This document shows, piece after piece, positions 43,017-56,718 of a DNA stretch of 64,000 bases. The first letter of the stretch is position 1, and every line of letters starts with the position of its first letter. The position numbers were made by a program, and so were the translations under genes. The DNA lies in contig OZ024745.1 of the NCBI GenBank assembly GCA_964016885.1, positions 127,100,001 to 127,164,000 on the forward strand, read 5' to 3'. Below the pieces are notes generated by a model. The model was not told where the DNA came from, ran no database searches, and saw only the letters and a list, made by a program, of their open reading frames with translations. Source of the DNA: Eledone cirrhosa (taxonomy: Eukaryota).

Positions 43017-43023
<7 letters not shown>
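42487..43023. mobile_element. Young fold-back PLE remnant: ~228-bp near-perfect inverted arms, 12-nt loop, left-side tail
   Basis: 42556-42783 pairs with 42796-43023, which explains the mirror ORFs 42588+ and 42991-. Each arm carries a hammerhead and (TA)n flanks the element. Confidence 0.8.
42894..42967 (+). ncRNA. Type-I minimal hammerhead motif (identical mirror copy on - strand at 42612-42685)
   Basis: gctgt-CTGATGA-(acgacact...agtgtcgt)-GAAA-tatata-TC-acagc; perfect 5-bp stem I and palindromic stem III. Confidence 0.8.
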
Positions 43024-43072
<49 letters not shown>

Positions 43073-43577
43073 TGAAGAATAACATGGTGAAAAGTACAAA
43101 AAAAGGGATTTATTTACAGTCTGACAATATATATATATATATTGTTATACTTGGGGAGGGTCATATTTGTGTAATAATATTCCCAGAATTAATAACAGAA
43201 CACACTCACTGTTTGGTTGGTTTTCGCTTCTGTGTCCTTTATACGGTTAATTTAATTTATTCGGTCCTCAATGTTACCATTGACTGACCAACGTTCAAAA
43301 ATACAGATACAATATAGACACAAACACATATATATAGTCTATCAAAGTTCTTTCGTTGCACATCTGCAACATCGTCAGTGGTGCTATTATGTTTCCTCCT
43401 GTTGCATTGTATGCCTACGGCATTTTATTTAGTGTGTTTATTTATTTATTTATTTGTTTATTTTTTTGTCTTCTCTGCGCATGCGTTTGCGTGTGTGTAT
43501 AGTGTTTTGTTTAAAACAAAACACTATACACACACGCAAACGTATATCAAAACCTCGCAAAACTAATTCATCGCCGT

Positions 43578-43625
<48 letters not shown>

Positions 43626-43927
43626 AGCAGTTCCTAGATAAATTTCAAGAATTTCGCTGCTTGCTGGGCGAATTAGTACCAAACACTATTTTTTATGAAC
43701 AAAAATAAATAAATAAATAAATAAATAAATAGATAATCAAAAGCACAAATAAATTATGATCTGTCTGCGACCTGCTTCTCAATATAGTTACAAATTCCTC
43801 GTCTTCATTTTGACGAGTAACTGCTTCTTTTGTTGACCTTAATACTTTTCTCGTTTATGTGGAACAAGATTTCGTACACGCCTGTCTCATTTAATCATTT
43901 AACGCTCTAAATTTAGCGTTTATATGA

Positions 43928-44248
43928 GGCACTCCGTCGGTTACGACGATGAGTGTTCCAGTTGACCAACGGATCAACGGAACAGTCCGCTCATCAAATG
44001 AACGTGCAAGTGGCCGAGCATTCCACAGATACGTGTACACTTTACGTAGTTCTCGGGGAGATTCAGCGTGATACAGAATGTGACAAAGCTGGTTATTCGA
44101 ACTACAGGTGCAACTCATTTTAGCCAGCTGAGTGGACAGGAACAATATGAAATAAAGTGTCTTGCCCATGGACAATACGCGCTGCCGGGAATCGAACTCA
44201 CAACCATATGATTATAAACACAATACTCTAACCACAACGCCACACGCA
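43928..44248 (-). mobile_element. SINE family 2
   Basis: Reverse-complement homologue of 9528-9846. Confidence 0.8.
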
Positions 44249-44308
44249 TTCACAACTTTTATATAGATACATAGAATGAAGCCGGGTTTCCCATAGAAGA
44301 GACGCACA

Positions 44309-44443
<135 letters not shown>

Positions 44444-44947
44444 ACACTCAAACAGACATACACACACACACACACACAAACACCCCCCCCCACACACACA
44501 CACAAACACACACACTCAAACAGACATACACACACACATACACACACAAACATACACACACAAACACACACAGATACACATACGCACACACACACACACA
44601 CACACAAAAGCACACACAGAAACACACACACACATACACACACAGCCATACACACACAAACACACACAGATACACATACACACACACACACACACACAAA
44701 AGCACACACAGAAACACACAAACAAACACACACAACCATACACAGGCACACACAGGCACAATATATAGTGTGTGGTATTTATGAGAAATGTTACTAAAGG
44801 AATTGGAAAACAAGAGGCGGGTTGCCGACGGTTGATTAGATTTATGTGAGCATGCGCGTTCTCTCCTGTCTCTTGGTAAATAATTGGATTGTGTAGTTAG
44901 TGGTTACCAAAGACATCGTTTTGGTTCATAACATTGAACCTTGGCTG

Positions 44948-45024
<77 letters not shown>

Positions 45025-45046
45025 GGTATATATGTATGTATATGTA

Positions 45047-45080
<34 letters not shown>

Positions 45081-45110
45081 TATATATATATGTATATATG
45101 TATATATATG

Positions 45111-45141
<31 letters not shown>

Positions 45142-45154
45142 ACACATGCATATA

Positions 45155-45220
<66 letters not shown>

Positions 45221-45476
45221 CAGGACCAGAGAGCGGTGGTTGTACGAAAAAAGAAAAAGTTATGTTTTTATTTATTTGTATGATAGGTCTGATTAATAAC
45301 CTTAATAAATTGTTATACGATCTGTGACTAGTGACAATGGCGACGACATTACAAGGAAATACTACCCAGGAAATGTTTAAAATATAGAAAATATTCATAA
45401 AAATAGAAGTGTAGAAATGGCGGAAACCTATAAAATGTTGGGTTAAATGTTTTACATTTAACGTATTCATCTACAT

Positions 45477-46025
45477 CAGAGATTCTTAAAGAGGGCGCTA
45501 CCACCCTGGGGGTTGTTGAGAAGGTTAGGGGGCGGCACTGGGGCCTAAGGGGGCGGTGGGGGGTCTGTAGAGACGATATAATAGTATATTAAATATCAAA
45601 TGATACATATTATAGTAAAATATAGTAAAATAAAAATTTATATTTATTTATACATAGTAAATATTATATTATTTATTATATATAAATTAACAATTTTATT
45701 TATTATATATTATTTACAATTTGCGGTGGAAGGCAGTATCGGTAGAGGGTTGGACGCCATGCTTTGCAGTAAAGAGTTACGGCACTTTATGGTCTGAGTT
45801 CATATCCCGTCGAAGTTAACTTTGCTTTTCATCCTTACGGGGTCGATAAAATAAAGTACCAGTAATCCACTGGGATAATTCCTGGCCTTATGCCAAAAGT
45901 AGAAACAATTATATATTATTTACAATTTGCGTGTAGTCAGGTCTCTCTGGAAATAAGGATGTGGGCGCTGAGGATATTACTTGGCCGTGAGGAGGGCGGT
46001 GGACGAAAAAGTTTGAGAGCCTCTG
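45477..46025. mobile_element. hAT (Charlie-like) MITE
   Basis: TIR cagagattcttaaa / tttgagagcctctg; 8-bp TSD atctacat/ctctacat. Confidence 0.7.
45726..45910 (+). mobile_element. SINE family 1 nested in a hAT MITE, with 21-bp TSD
   Basis: atatattatttacaatttgcg occurs at 45705-45725 and 45911-45931. Confidence 0.85.
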
Positions 46026-47206
46026 CTCTACATTGTGAGGTAAAATTCCGCTGGAGTTGACATTGTATTTTAATATGTAATAAACATATATATACAGGGC
46101 CGGATTTAATAAGTGGGGCGGACGTCTGGCAATCTACTAGATGACTTTCGTTTCTGTGGCACCGAATGCGAGCAAATATTTTCTCCAGTTCAGTTCCACC
46201 ATAGTAGTTTGTCTGTCAGTCGTGTTAATAGAAGTGATAGAATAAATACATAAATAAACAAACATTACTTATGGAGAAACACTTTTCTTGTATCAAAATA
46301 CATAAGCAAAATAATGTTAGAGATTGGGGTTCAATCAGGGCCGGATTTAATGGGGGCGGGGGGCGGCAATTACCAAGGGCCACCTTTTGGTGTGAAGGGG
46401 GTATGCTATGGCGGTCGTAGCAATTTATTTGTGCCCTCAGTTGGGGTTTTAGTTTTAGGATGGTTAGAATTTTTTAATTTAATACCTTTTCAATTTCAAT
46501 TATTTGCGCCAAGCTAACTTTGGTATGTAAAATCGGGAGCGTTTCCTGTGTATTCTAATTTTTTGTGCATGAGGTTGCCCCTCCGGCTAACGAGGCAGCC
46601 TCTAAATGATTCCTTGATCTGTTCCAGTTAATCTGAGCAGTTAAATCCGTCTCAAACCACATCCAACCGTTTTAAAAGTTTGATCCGAGGTTAAATAACC
46701 TTCGGCTATGGGATCATAGGTGCGTTATTGTTTTCTTTGTCTCTTCTATAGAATAAAGGGTAAAGACACCCTTTGGTCACGAATGACCATGGGATTTGTA
46801 CCTAGAAATGTCCCCTGGGGAACTGGGCAGAGTTGTTTGTGGAAAACCAGCAGTCGCTCATGTATACCAGTCTTCCCTGTCGTTTGGTGGTCTTAATCGC
46901 ACCAATTACCAGTTTGGTACTTTCTCAAATCCGCGAAGTTACTTTGCCCCTACAACTAAAATATATATAATAGTCTGCAGAACATTGATATACCCTCAAA
47001 CTTTTACAGCACTAGTAACTTTGATTTTACCATCCTGTCTCCTGCAACTATTTAAAACTCCATGGATGTTTTCTTAAAGACAAATCTCTCTTTGCTGTCA
47101 CCATAAATCACCTCCACAACTCCAGCTAGACATTACTCGCTAACTTTAGTACTACACCCATTCAACTACACATGGAAGTCATTTAAATCAAATATATATA
47201 TATATA

Positions 47207-47277
<71 letters not shown>

Positions 47278-47471
47278 ATATATATATAATTTAATTTATA
47301 TATATATATTAAAATAACAGATGAACGTTTAAGCAAAGAATCGCTGCTTTCACCCTTAACTGTAATCTATTATTTTAATAAATATTTGCTCTAGGGTACT
47401 TATATATTTGATATATATTTATCCTTATCGAGCCCTCTTTGGATTTTAGTCTTCAAATTTATTATTATTAC

Positions 47472-47577
<106 letters not shown>

Positions 47578-48360
47578 CATATATATATAAAGTAACACCC
47601 TCTTCTCAAATCTAAAGTTTGGATAATCTAATGAGTCTACATCGGTAAAAAAAAAACAATTGAAAAATTGAAACTAAATAAATAATACTTAATAAAATTC
47701 TTAAATTAAAAGGTTCTTTGAATGTTATCTCCCCCTTTCCACCTACTTTATCTTACATTTTTTAACTTCATTCACAACCTTCCAACTAAATAGTATTTTT
47801 TTAAACATGAACATTCTTGAAACTTGATAGTTCGCTTCATCTAATGGCACACACATACTTATTTGATGTTGTTCGTCTTATTAACACTTTTCTTTTGCTG
47901 GTGTAGACCACAACAAGTTTCCTAGTTTTAATTGTTGCTCTTTCTGTTGTTCCTCTCTCCACAATTTTATATGCATATTTCAGTTAGATGAGTCCCTGCT
48001 ATAGTTGACTCGCTGTTGTACTGAAGTTAGCAAGGAACATCAAAACCTTGTTATTTTCTTTTCGTTAATACTCTCGGCGGAGTATAGATAGATATCTTTC
48101 TTTATTTGCAAAAATGGCGTACAAGAAATGGGAGATTACAAGACGCGATGGCGGGGTTTTTACATAAATATCGTATAAACTTTAACATTAATAAAGAAGA
48201 ATAAACTATATATAAAATAAAATAACAATCGAAATCCCCAATAGGAGGGAACGTTACTGCGTGGTTGTTTTACACCCCGTGGATAGAACAACCCTCAACA
48301 TCAGGAGCACGTTTTGTAGGTGTTCCCGTCTTCCCTCTTTTTGTCTTCCTCAACCTACTG

Positions 48361-48413
<53 letters not shown>

Positions 48414-48449
48414 TCTTTCTTTAGATAGATGGATATATAGATAGATAGA

Positions 48450-49055
48450 TATATTTCTTTATTAGCCACAGGGGCACAAAAGAAGGGGACAAATACAAAG
48501 GGGGAAGTTTACATACAATAAAAACGTGTAAAATGTTATCACAGATGGAATTTAAAAGTTAGTCGATTTTCCCCAATAGAGGGAGACAGTTTATATGGGT
48601 AACACATACCCCCGAAAAATAATGTGCAACCCTCATCTCCAGGAGTACGAAGAGCCTGTACTCCTTTCCTCTCCTCCTCCTTTTCCTCAACCTACAGGCT
48701 GATATAGAGAGAAGGCCCATTCACTCGGGCCATTCTCGCCACTTTCACCCACCTTTCATAAAACTTGCTGGGGTACAGCACCTCTCTCTCCATCCTGATT
48801 CTTCTTTCAAAGTGGTATTTGAAAAAAAGAATCAGTTGTCGGCTGGAGAGAAAGGTGTCTGACCTCAGCCCTTTCAACCTTGTCCACCATACAACCTCTT
48901 TCGCCATAGCTATCACACAAAGGAAAACCGCCTCTCCTTCGTTTTTGAAGGAGGGTGGCGGTTTGATCATGACAATGGACTCGGTGGTCAACTGGATTGG
49001 TCCCACCCGCGACAATAGTCGTTCTACATAGCCCCACAGGTCAGTGACGCCCGGG
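48450..49055 (-). mobile_element. Tx1/L1-like LINE 3' end inserted in (GATA)n
   Basis: The ORF AMAKEVVWWTRLK...FFKYHFERRIRMER...FYERW resembles L1/Tx1 ORF2 C-termini. (GATA)n lies on both sides, and a related UTR piece sits at 48090-48360. Confidence 0.55.
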
Positions 49056-49057
49056 CA

Positions 49058-49090
<33 letters not shown>

Positions 49091-49138
49091 CAGATAGATA
49101 AATAACCTTATTTAGATAGATAAATAGATGGATAGATG

Positions 49139-49179
<41 letters not shown>

Positions 49180-49427
49180 TTTCCTTCTGAATGATCACGT
49201 TGCACTAGCTGGTATGTACAGAAGGTATGTATTGATAGGACCAAGAAAATATATATGGTTGAAGTGGTGTGTAATTTGAGGACGCCAACTGCTGAACCAT
49301 TACCCACAAATCTTTACATCTAGTTACCAACTATTCCATTCTCTCGTTTCTGTATTCACGCTCAGCGCATTAATATACATCTATGTATAGTCAAGTTCAC
49401 ATGAAAGACATAACTTGAATTTGACGT

Positions 49428-49567
49428 ATAGAGTTACGGCCCTTGCCATTCTGAGTTCAAACCCCGCCAAGGTTAACTTTGCCTTTCATCCTTACGGGGT
49501 CGATAAAATAAAGTACCAGTAATGCACTGGGTAATTGCTGGCCTTGTGCCTAACGTAGAAACAATTA
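49428..49567 (+). mobile_element. 5'-truncated SINE family 1
   Basis: Match from the B box to the tail. Confidence 0.8.
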
Positions 49568-50136
49568 CTTATAACTAGCAGAAAAACCACCTTTCGGGTG
49601 GTTTTCTGCTAGCATGTGTAGTGTGTATATTGATATTATACGCAGGTATATATACATGTAGATATGATACGTCAAATAAAATCGTAATTAACAATATATA
49701 ATACTTAGAAATTGAACGAAGACTGCGTTACACTGTCTTATTTAATCAGTAACGTAATCCATACATTAAAAAAGATGATATTATATATAAACTGCATTAG
49801 GAGAAAATTAGTGACAGAAAATTAGTATGTTTATTTAAGCAATGGCCAACCAGAAGTGTTGACATTTCAGAAATTTTAAAGAAGTGAATCTTTAAATAAA
49901 TAATAAAATATATTTAATTAACAGCCACGAAATTTAGTAGATAAATTATGTAATATTCATTCATTATTTACTCAAAGTAATCCAACTTATTTTACTAATG
50001 GGATAAAAAAATTATAAACTGTAGCAATCCCGCACTCCTTACTTTATTATAGTTTAGATTTACTTACAAAATGTCGGCGTTGTCATTCCATTCCAGCAAT
50101 TGCTACACGCAAGATTAGATTATTACTAGGAATATG

Positions 50137-50305
50137 CAGTGCCGGATTAACATATTAGTAAGAGAAGCATTTGCTACGAGCCTCCGCATCACCAGGGGCT
50201 CTTCGTTAAGTGCTTTATAATATAGTACTATACTACCTTTAAATTTTGTCACATTTTTTTTTTTATTAGGACCCCTTCCTAGCATATGTTACAGGGCTGG
50301 CACTG
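50137..50305. mobile_element. hAT-like MITE
   Basis: TIR cagtgccgg / ctggcactg; 8-bp TSD ggaatatg/gggatatg. Confidence 0.7.
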
Positions 50306-50401
50306 GGGATATGATGTATATAGGATGAAATAATATTCAAAATTTCTATGAAATCAAAACAAACCGAATTTATATAGTTAAGCGAATAACAAATATAATT
50401 A

Positions 50402-51001
50402 TCTATATATATAAAACTGAGGATGTCTGTGTGTGTGTGTGAGAGAGAGTTTGAATCCCTAAAGCTCGAGAAGTACCCAACCGATTTTTTTTTTGATTTT
50501 TTTCAAAATTCAATTTTTGATCCCCTTGGATTAGGTGAAAAACTGCGTTTTTTCCAGATTTTGGGGGGGTTTTTTAGGCGTTACGTCACACCGATTTCCT
50601 TGAAATTGTAACTATATATTAGTCAGTCTCTTCTTCATACCATGAGCAAAGAAAATCCAACTTGTTTATGGCCTAGGGCCCGCATTAGGTGAAAAACTTC
50701 ATTTTTTCAGCTTTTTAGGGCTTTTTTGAGGCATTACGTCTAGCCAATTTTCCCGAAATTTCAAGGCATATTTTGCACATAAAAAAAATTCATTTTCTTG
50801 ATCCCCTAGAGCCCGCATTAGGTGAAAACCTGCATTTTTCCTTCTTCATCGAGGAAAATCTTAAAGATTATCCAGCCATCAGAGTATTAGGTTTATTTTC
50901 TTTACATATTGTCCAGGCATGCAGTTTTTCCACGATTAGGTCTGTTGGCGGCTCGCGTTCCAAAATACCTTATCCCGTGCAACGCCGGGTACCACTGCTA
51001 G
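50402..51001 (+). mobile_element. Non-autonomous Helitron (600 bp)
   Basis: 5' TCTATATATATAAAA, subterminal hairpin cccgtgcaacgccggg, 3' CTAG, inserted between A and T with no TSD. Confidence 0.85.
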
Positions 51002-51334
51002 TATAATATATAAAAGTTTTCAGACTGAGTCTGTAAAATAGAAGAAGCTTCTGTTAAAATACATAAATTTTTTTTTAAAGTGGGGAAAAACTGCACTGAG
51101 CCAATCCCTCTCTCTGAGTGACAGTAGCTATAACCCTAAAAGACGAAAAGATCAACATCATCGGTAACTACTGATATATATATATTACATAAATACATAC
51201 ATATATGCATACATGTTTACATGCATGTATACATATATACATGTGTGTGTGTGAGAGAGTGTTTGTGTGTGTGTGTGTGTGTATATATATACAATGGCTG
51301 CATCGAGAAGTTTCGAGAATTGCCATCCCTTGAT

Positions 51335-51681
51335 CACAAGGCCAACAATTTTGGGGGAGGAGAAAGTAGATTAAATCGACCCCAGTACATTACTGCTACT
51401 TTTCTTTTATCAACTCCGTAAGGATGAAAGGCCAAACTAACCTCGGCAGGATTTGAACTCAGACCGTAAAGGGCCGTAATTCTATGCCATAAAGCATGGT
51501 GTCCGACGCTCCACCGATACTGCCAAACCACCGCCCTTATTATTAATATTAACAGTAATAATATTATTATTAAATCCCGCCGAGGTTAACTTTGCCTTTC
51601 ATCCTTACGAGGTCGATAAAATAAAGTACCAGTAATACACTGGGATAATTGCTGGCCTTGTGCCAAAAGTAGAAACAATTA
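51335..51681. mobile_element. Two divergent SINE family 1 copies (51335-51536 on -, 51571-51681 on +)
   Basis: Match to consensus. Confidence 0.8.
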
Positions 51682-52108
51682 TGTGATATTAATGGAGGAA
51701 CACTGTTAGTATGTTAACTCCGTTGCATAACTTTCTTGACATACATAACTATTTATCTTGCTGCTAATTATCAAATTATACATATTAAGGAGCAATCGAC
51801 GTGACAGCCACTGGAAATTAATAAGTAAGCTTTCGGCAAATGCAGCGTCGTAATGTGAATTTCCGGTTGAAAACGTTTCCCTTCACCAATGCCGCAAACG
51901 TCTTATTTCATCTCCCCTTTAAAATATAACTCGTTCCTGCTGTTGTGCCCCCCCCCCCCCCCCCCCCCCCACATTTTCACTAAGTGTGAACCTAATATAA
52001 GTGTGTAAAAATTGCATCCTTGTTTAGTTTATTTCATTTATTAACTTTGCCTTTCATCCTTACGGGGTCGATAAAATAAAGTACCAGTGAAACACTGGGA
52101 TAATTGCT

Positions 52109-52170
<62 letters not shown>

Positions 52171-52175
<5 letters not shown>

Positions 52176-52447
52176 TAAAAGGAATTCCAACTTTGTCTGA
52201 TTTACTCGTTTTATTTACAATCCTTTAAAATTTATAATGGTATTAGAATGAATTAGTTGAAAATTGCAAACTTGACTGTCACCACACATTATCAACCTGA
52301 AGATTGCGAAAGCATGAAAATACTTGTTCAATTAACACTTAACATTTAATACTCTACCATACTATTTCATTATAATACCATTATAAATTTTAAAGGATTG
52401 TAAATAAAACGAGTAAATCAGACAAAATTGGAATTCCTTTTATTAAT
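52171..52447. mobile_element. Fold-back element with 87-bp arms next to (TA)n
   Basis: 52171-52257 is inverted relative to 52361-52447. The loop contains CTGAAGA-ttgc-gaaa-gcat-GAAA. Confidence 0.6.
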
Positions 52448-52519
52448 ATAATTGTTTCTACTTTAGGCACAAGGCCAGCAATTACCAATCTTCTATACCC
52501 AATCATACACACCCGTGTA

Positions 52520-52555
<36 letters not shown>

Positions 52556-53092
52556 ACACTATAAAATTATATATATTCAACTATATATATATATAATCTT
52601 AGAGTGTTACGAAAACGTCCATAGAAACATTCATTATTCGCGCTCTATTCTGTTTAACAGGACGGGGGAAAGACTATAGTTTTACTATTGCTGTTTGATT
52701 TGTTCTCTGTTTTGTTTTAATTATTCAACACATTCCATTTAGTTCTTGAGTTATGTCTTTATCTGAATCTGTTAAAATTATCTTGATCAGCTACCCTCGA
52801 GAAACTGTGTCTTTGCGTGCAATGGGAAATACGTCTTAAGATAAATAGGCCATGTTTTATTAGTGCTTAATTAAGTAATTTTCATTTTCATTAACTAGTT
52901 TCCAATATTCACCAACTGCCTGTGTAGGACGAGTTTGTGTTCTATATGGAAATGTTGTTGTTGTTATTTAGCCTTAGCTCAACTTTGATCAAAAGTATCC
53001 CACGACCATCCCTTATGTGTTTCCCAAGATAACACACACACTAGCATATATATATATATATATATATTGGCAACATGACCCTCCCAAAGTAT

Positions 53093-53151
<59 letters not shown>

Positions 53152-53174
53152 GCAACATGACCCTCCCAAAGTAT

Positions 53175-53220
<46 letters not shown>

Positions 53221-53221
<1 letters not shown>

Positions 53222-53350
53222 CTATATATATAAAACTGAAGATGTCTGTCTGTGTGGGTGTGAGTTTGAATCCCTAAAACTAGAGAAGCACCCAACCCAC
53301 TGTTTTCAAACTTTACACATGTAATACTTATTTTTCAGGAAGTGTTCTGA
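53221..53350 (+). mobile_element. Helitron 5' fragment of the same family
   Basis: tctatatatataaaactgaagatgtctgt...gagtttgaatccctaaa matches the 50402 element. Confidence 0.7.
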
Positions 53351-53379
53351 GCGATCTGAGATCTGTTCTCACCACCTCC

Positions 53380-53705
53380 GCCCATGTTTTTCGTGGTCTT
53401 CCTCAACTGCGTCTTCCTTCTACTGGGATTTATTGGCACTTCTTTACCCAGCGGTCATCCTCCATGTGCATCACATGTCCATACCATCTCAGCCTTCTCT
53501 CCTGCACACCACAACTTATCCCTCTTATACCCAGTTTCTTTCTCAACTCGTCCATGCTTGGTCGTTCACGCACATTGACATTGCACATCCAACGGAGCAT
53601 ACTTGCTTCATTTCTCTCCAGCCGTCGCATATCCTCTGCAGTTGCCGCCCATGTCTCACTACCAAGCTTCATCGCACACCTCATACAGGCATCATATAAC
53701 CGTCC
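53380..53705 (-). mobile_element. RTE-clade LINE fragment
   Basis: GSETWA...LERNEASMLRWMCNV...ELRKKLGI...RRLRWYGHVMHM. Confidence 0.85.
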
Positions 53706-53721
53706 TTATATATACATACTT

Positions 53722-53813
<92 letters not shown>

Positions 53814-53931
53814 GCATTAGCATAACATCATTCATAATAGAAACGTATATGAAGGCATCTGCAATAAGTTTATGTATAACAAACATACACAAGTTTCTGA
53901 TCATGTCATAGCTACCTCAGCGACTGTGTGA

Positions 53932-53980
53932 GGACGCCAGACACTAGAGTTTCAGGGGTGTTATCCATCTTCAGTGCTCC
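53932..53980 (-). ncRNA. Probable decayed type-I hammerhead motif
   Basis: gagca-CTGAAGA-tggataacacccct-GAAAC-tctagt-GTC-tggc; stem I is weak. Confidence 0.5.
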
Positions 53981-53994
53981 CCCTATTGAAATAA

Positions 53995-54152
53995 ATAATT
54001 GTTTCTACTTTTAGCACAAGGCCAGCAATTACCACAGTGCATTACTGGTACTTTAATTTATCGACTCCGTAAGGATGAAAGGCAAAGTTAACATCGTAAA
54101 GGGCCATAATTCTATGCTGCAAAGCATGGTGTCTGACGCTCTACCGATACTG
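53995..54152 (-). mobile_element. SINE family 1 with internal deletion
   Basis: Match to consensus; the B-box region is deleted. Confidence 0.75.
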
Positions 54153-54231
54153 CCGCTGAAGATTAAACATTATATTTGTCGTGGGGGGGGGGGGCATAAG
54201 CTGTGATGCTGTGACATGACGGCTACGACTC

Positions 54232-54292
<61 letters not shown>

Positions 54293-54600
54293 CTCTCTCC
54301 TGGGAGGGAAATAATTATTGGTAAAATAACTAAAACAATTCCAACAGGGAATCGCTGATTCACCACCGGGGTTGTTAAAATAATGTAGTAGTAGTAGTAG
54401 TAGTAGTAGTAGCAGCAGCAGCAACAGTGGTAGTAGTACACCACCAATAGCAGCAGCAAGCCTGCCATCCCATCCTCCCATGGCCTCTCCACCAAATAAC
54501 GTGACTTGCATTTGAGTTTCTGTCTTTTCTGGTAAATAATTTTAGAAACGTGTTTTTGAAAAGGAAATTTGCTCCTCTTTAAGTTTGTTATTTGATGACG

Positions 54601-55786
54601 TTATTGTGACATATTATTGTGACATATTATTGTGACATATTATTGTGACATATTATTGTGACATATTATTGTGACATATTATTGTGACATATTATTGTGG
54701 CATATTATTGTGGCATATTATTGTGGCATATTATTGTGACATATTATTGTGACATATTATTGTGACATATTATTGTGGCATATTATTGTGGCATATTATT
54801 GTGGCATATTATTGTGGCATATTATTGTGACATATTATTGTGACATATTATTGTGACATATTATTGTGACATATTATTGTGGCATATTATTGTGACATAT
54901 TATTGTGGCATATTATTGTGGCATATTATTGTGGCATATTATTGTGGCATATTATTGTGGCATATTATTGTGGCATATTATTGTGGCATATTATTGTGAC
55001 ATATTATTGTGACATATTATTGTGACATATTATTGTGACATATTATTGTGGCATATTATTGTGACATATTATTGTGACATATTATTGTGACATATTATTG
55101 TGACATATTATTGTGGCATATTATTGTGGCATATTATTGTGACATATTATTGTGACATATTATTGTGACATATTATTGTGACATATTATTGTGGCATATT
55201 ATTGTGACATATTATTGTGACATATTATTGTGACATATTATTGTGACATATTATTGTGGCATATTATTGTGGCATATTATTGTGGCATATTATTGTGGCA
55301 TATTATTGTGACATATTATTGTGGCATATTATTGTGGCATATTATTGTGGCATATTATTGTGGCATATTATTGTGACATATTATTGTGACATATTATTGT
55401 GACATATTATTGTGACATATTATTGTGGCATATTATTGTGGCATATTATTGTGGCATATTATTGTGGCATATTATTGTGACATATTATTGTGACATATTA
55501 TTGTGACATATTATTGTGGCATATTATTGTGGCATATTATTGTGGCATATTATTGTGACATATTATTGTGGCATATTATTGTGGCATATTATTGTGGCAT
55601 ATTATTGTGACATATTATTGTGACATATTATTGTGGCATATTATTGTGACATATTATTGTGACATATTATTGTGGCATATTATTGTGGCATATTATTGTG
55701 ACATATTATTGTGACATATTATTGTGACATATTATTGTGGCATATTATTGTGACATATTATTGTGACATATTATTGTGACATATTG
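54601..55786. repeat. 13-bp minisatellite ttattgtg(a/g)cata, ~90 units
   Basis: Direct reading; two interspersed variants. Confidence 0.95.
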
Positions 55787-56718
55787 GCGACGAATTGACA
55801 GAACGTAGGATAGAACCCTTTGCAGTATTCGTTCCGACTCTCAGCTCTCTGAGTTCAAATCTCGTTGAGGTCAACTTTGCCTTTCATTCATTTAAGGTCG
55901 ATAAAAAAAGTACCAGTCAAGTACTGGGGTTGATTCTTCCTCTATATCTTTTTCTCACTTCCTTTCTTTCTCTCACTCTCTCTATCCTTCTCTGAATGAA
56001 AGCTGCTGTTTTCAGACCCGAAGAGGAGATGGGCTCCGGCATGTTTTAAAAAATGCCCTAGAAACGATGTATGTCAAAATGGCGCCCCTACTACCCACTC
56101 AGTAGTTATGGGTCCATACATACATTGTGATATATGATGTGGTATGACGGTTGTTAATGAGAGTTCTGTATTTACTGTTTGTTTTTAAATTCTTGTGCGA
56201 TGTAAATATTTGTCAGATTCCTGCTTTTCTTTGGTTTATTTTCTTCGCTTTTTCTTTAGTTGTTTGTTGCTAGAATTTTTTTTCCTCTATGTGTGGTGAC
56301 ATCGTGTTGTATTTAAGGTTGTTCCTGATTTTTATCAGGCTAGGTATTTCATTGGTATAATTAGAATTGGATTGTGGAATGTATTTTTGTTAACTTCTAC
56401 ATTTATTTCATTCAATGTATATATTGAAGTGTCTACGTTGGAGAATGAAAGTTTGCAGTTATTATTTTAATATATTTCATCTTGCCGGATTTTATCTTGA
56501 ATCCCTGCATTTTTAATGTAATCTAAATATTAAGGGGTTCTTTTCGTTTTCTTCTTTCCTTTTCGTATTTATTTGGAACAACAAGCTTCCCCAACCCCAT
56601 CACAGTCTCATATTCCTGTTGAACTAATGTTGACATGTAACCTATTGTGTTGTGTTTTGTTGGTGTTCAAGTGTTGTTTGAGGTATCTATGTAATGAATG
56701 TGTGTTTTATGTATATTA

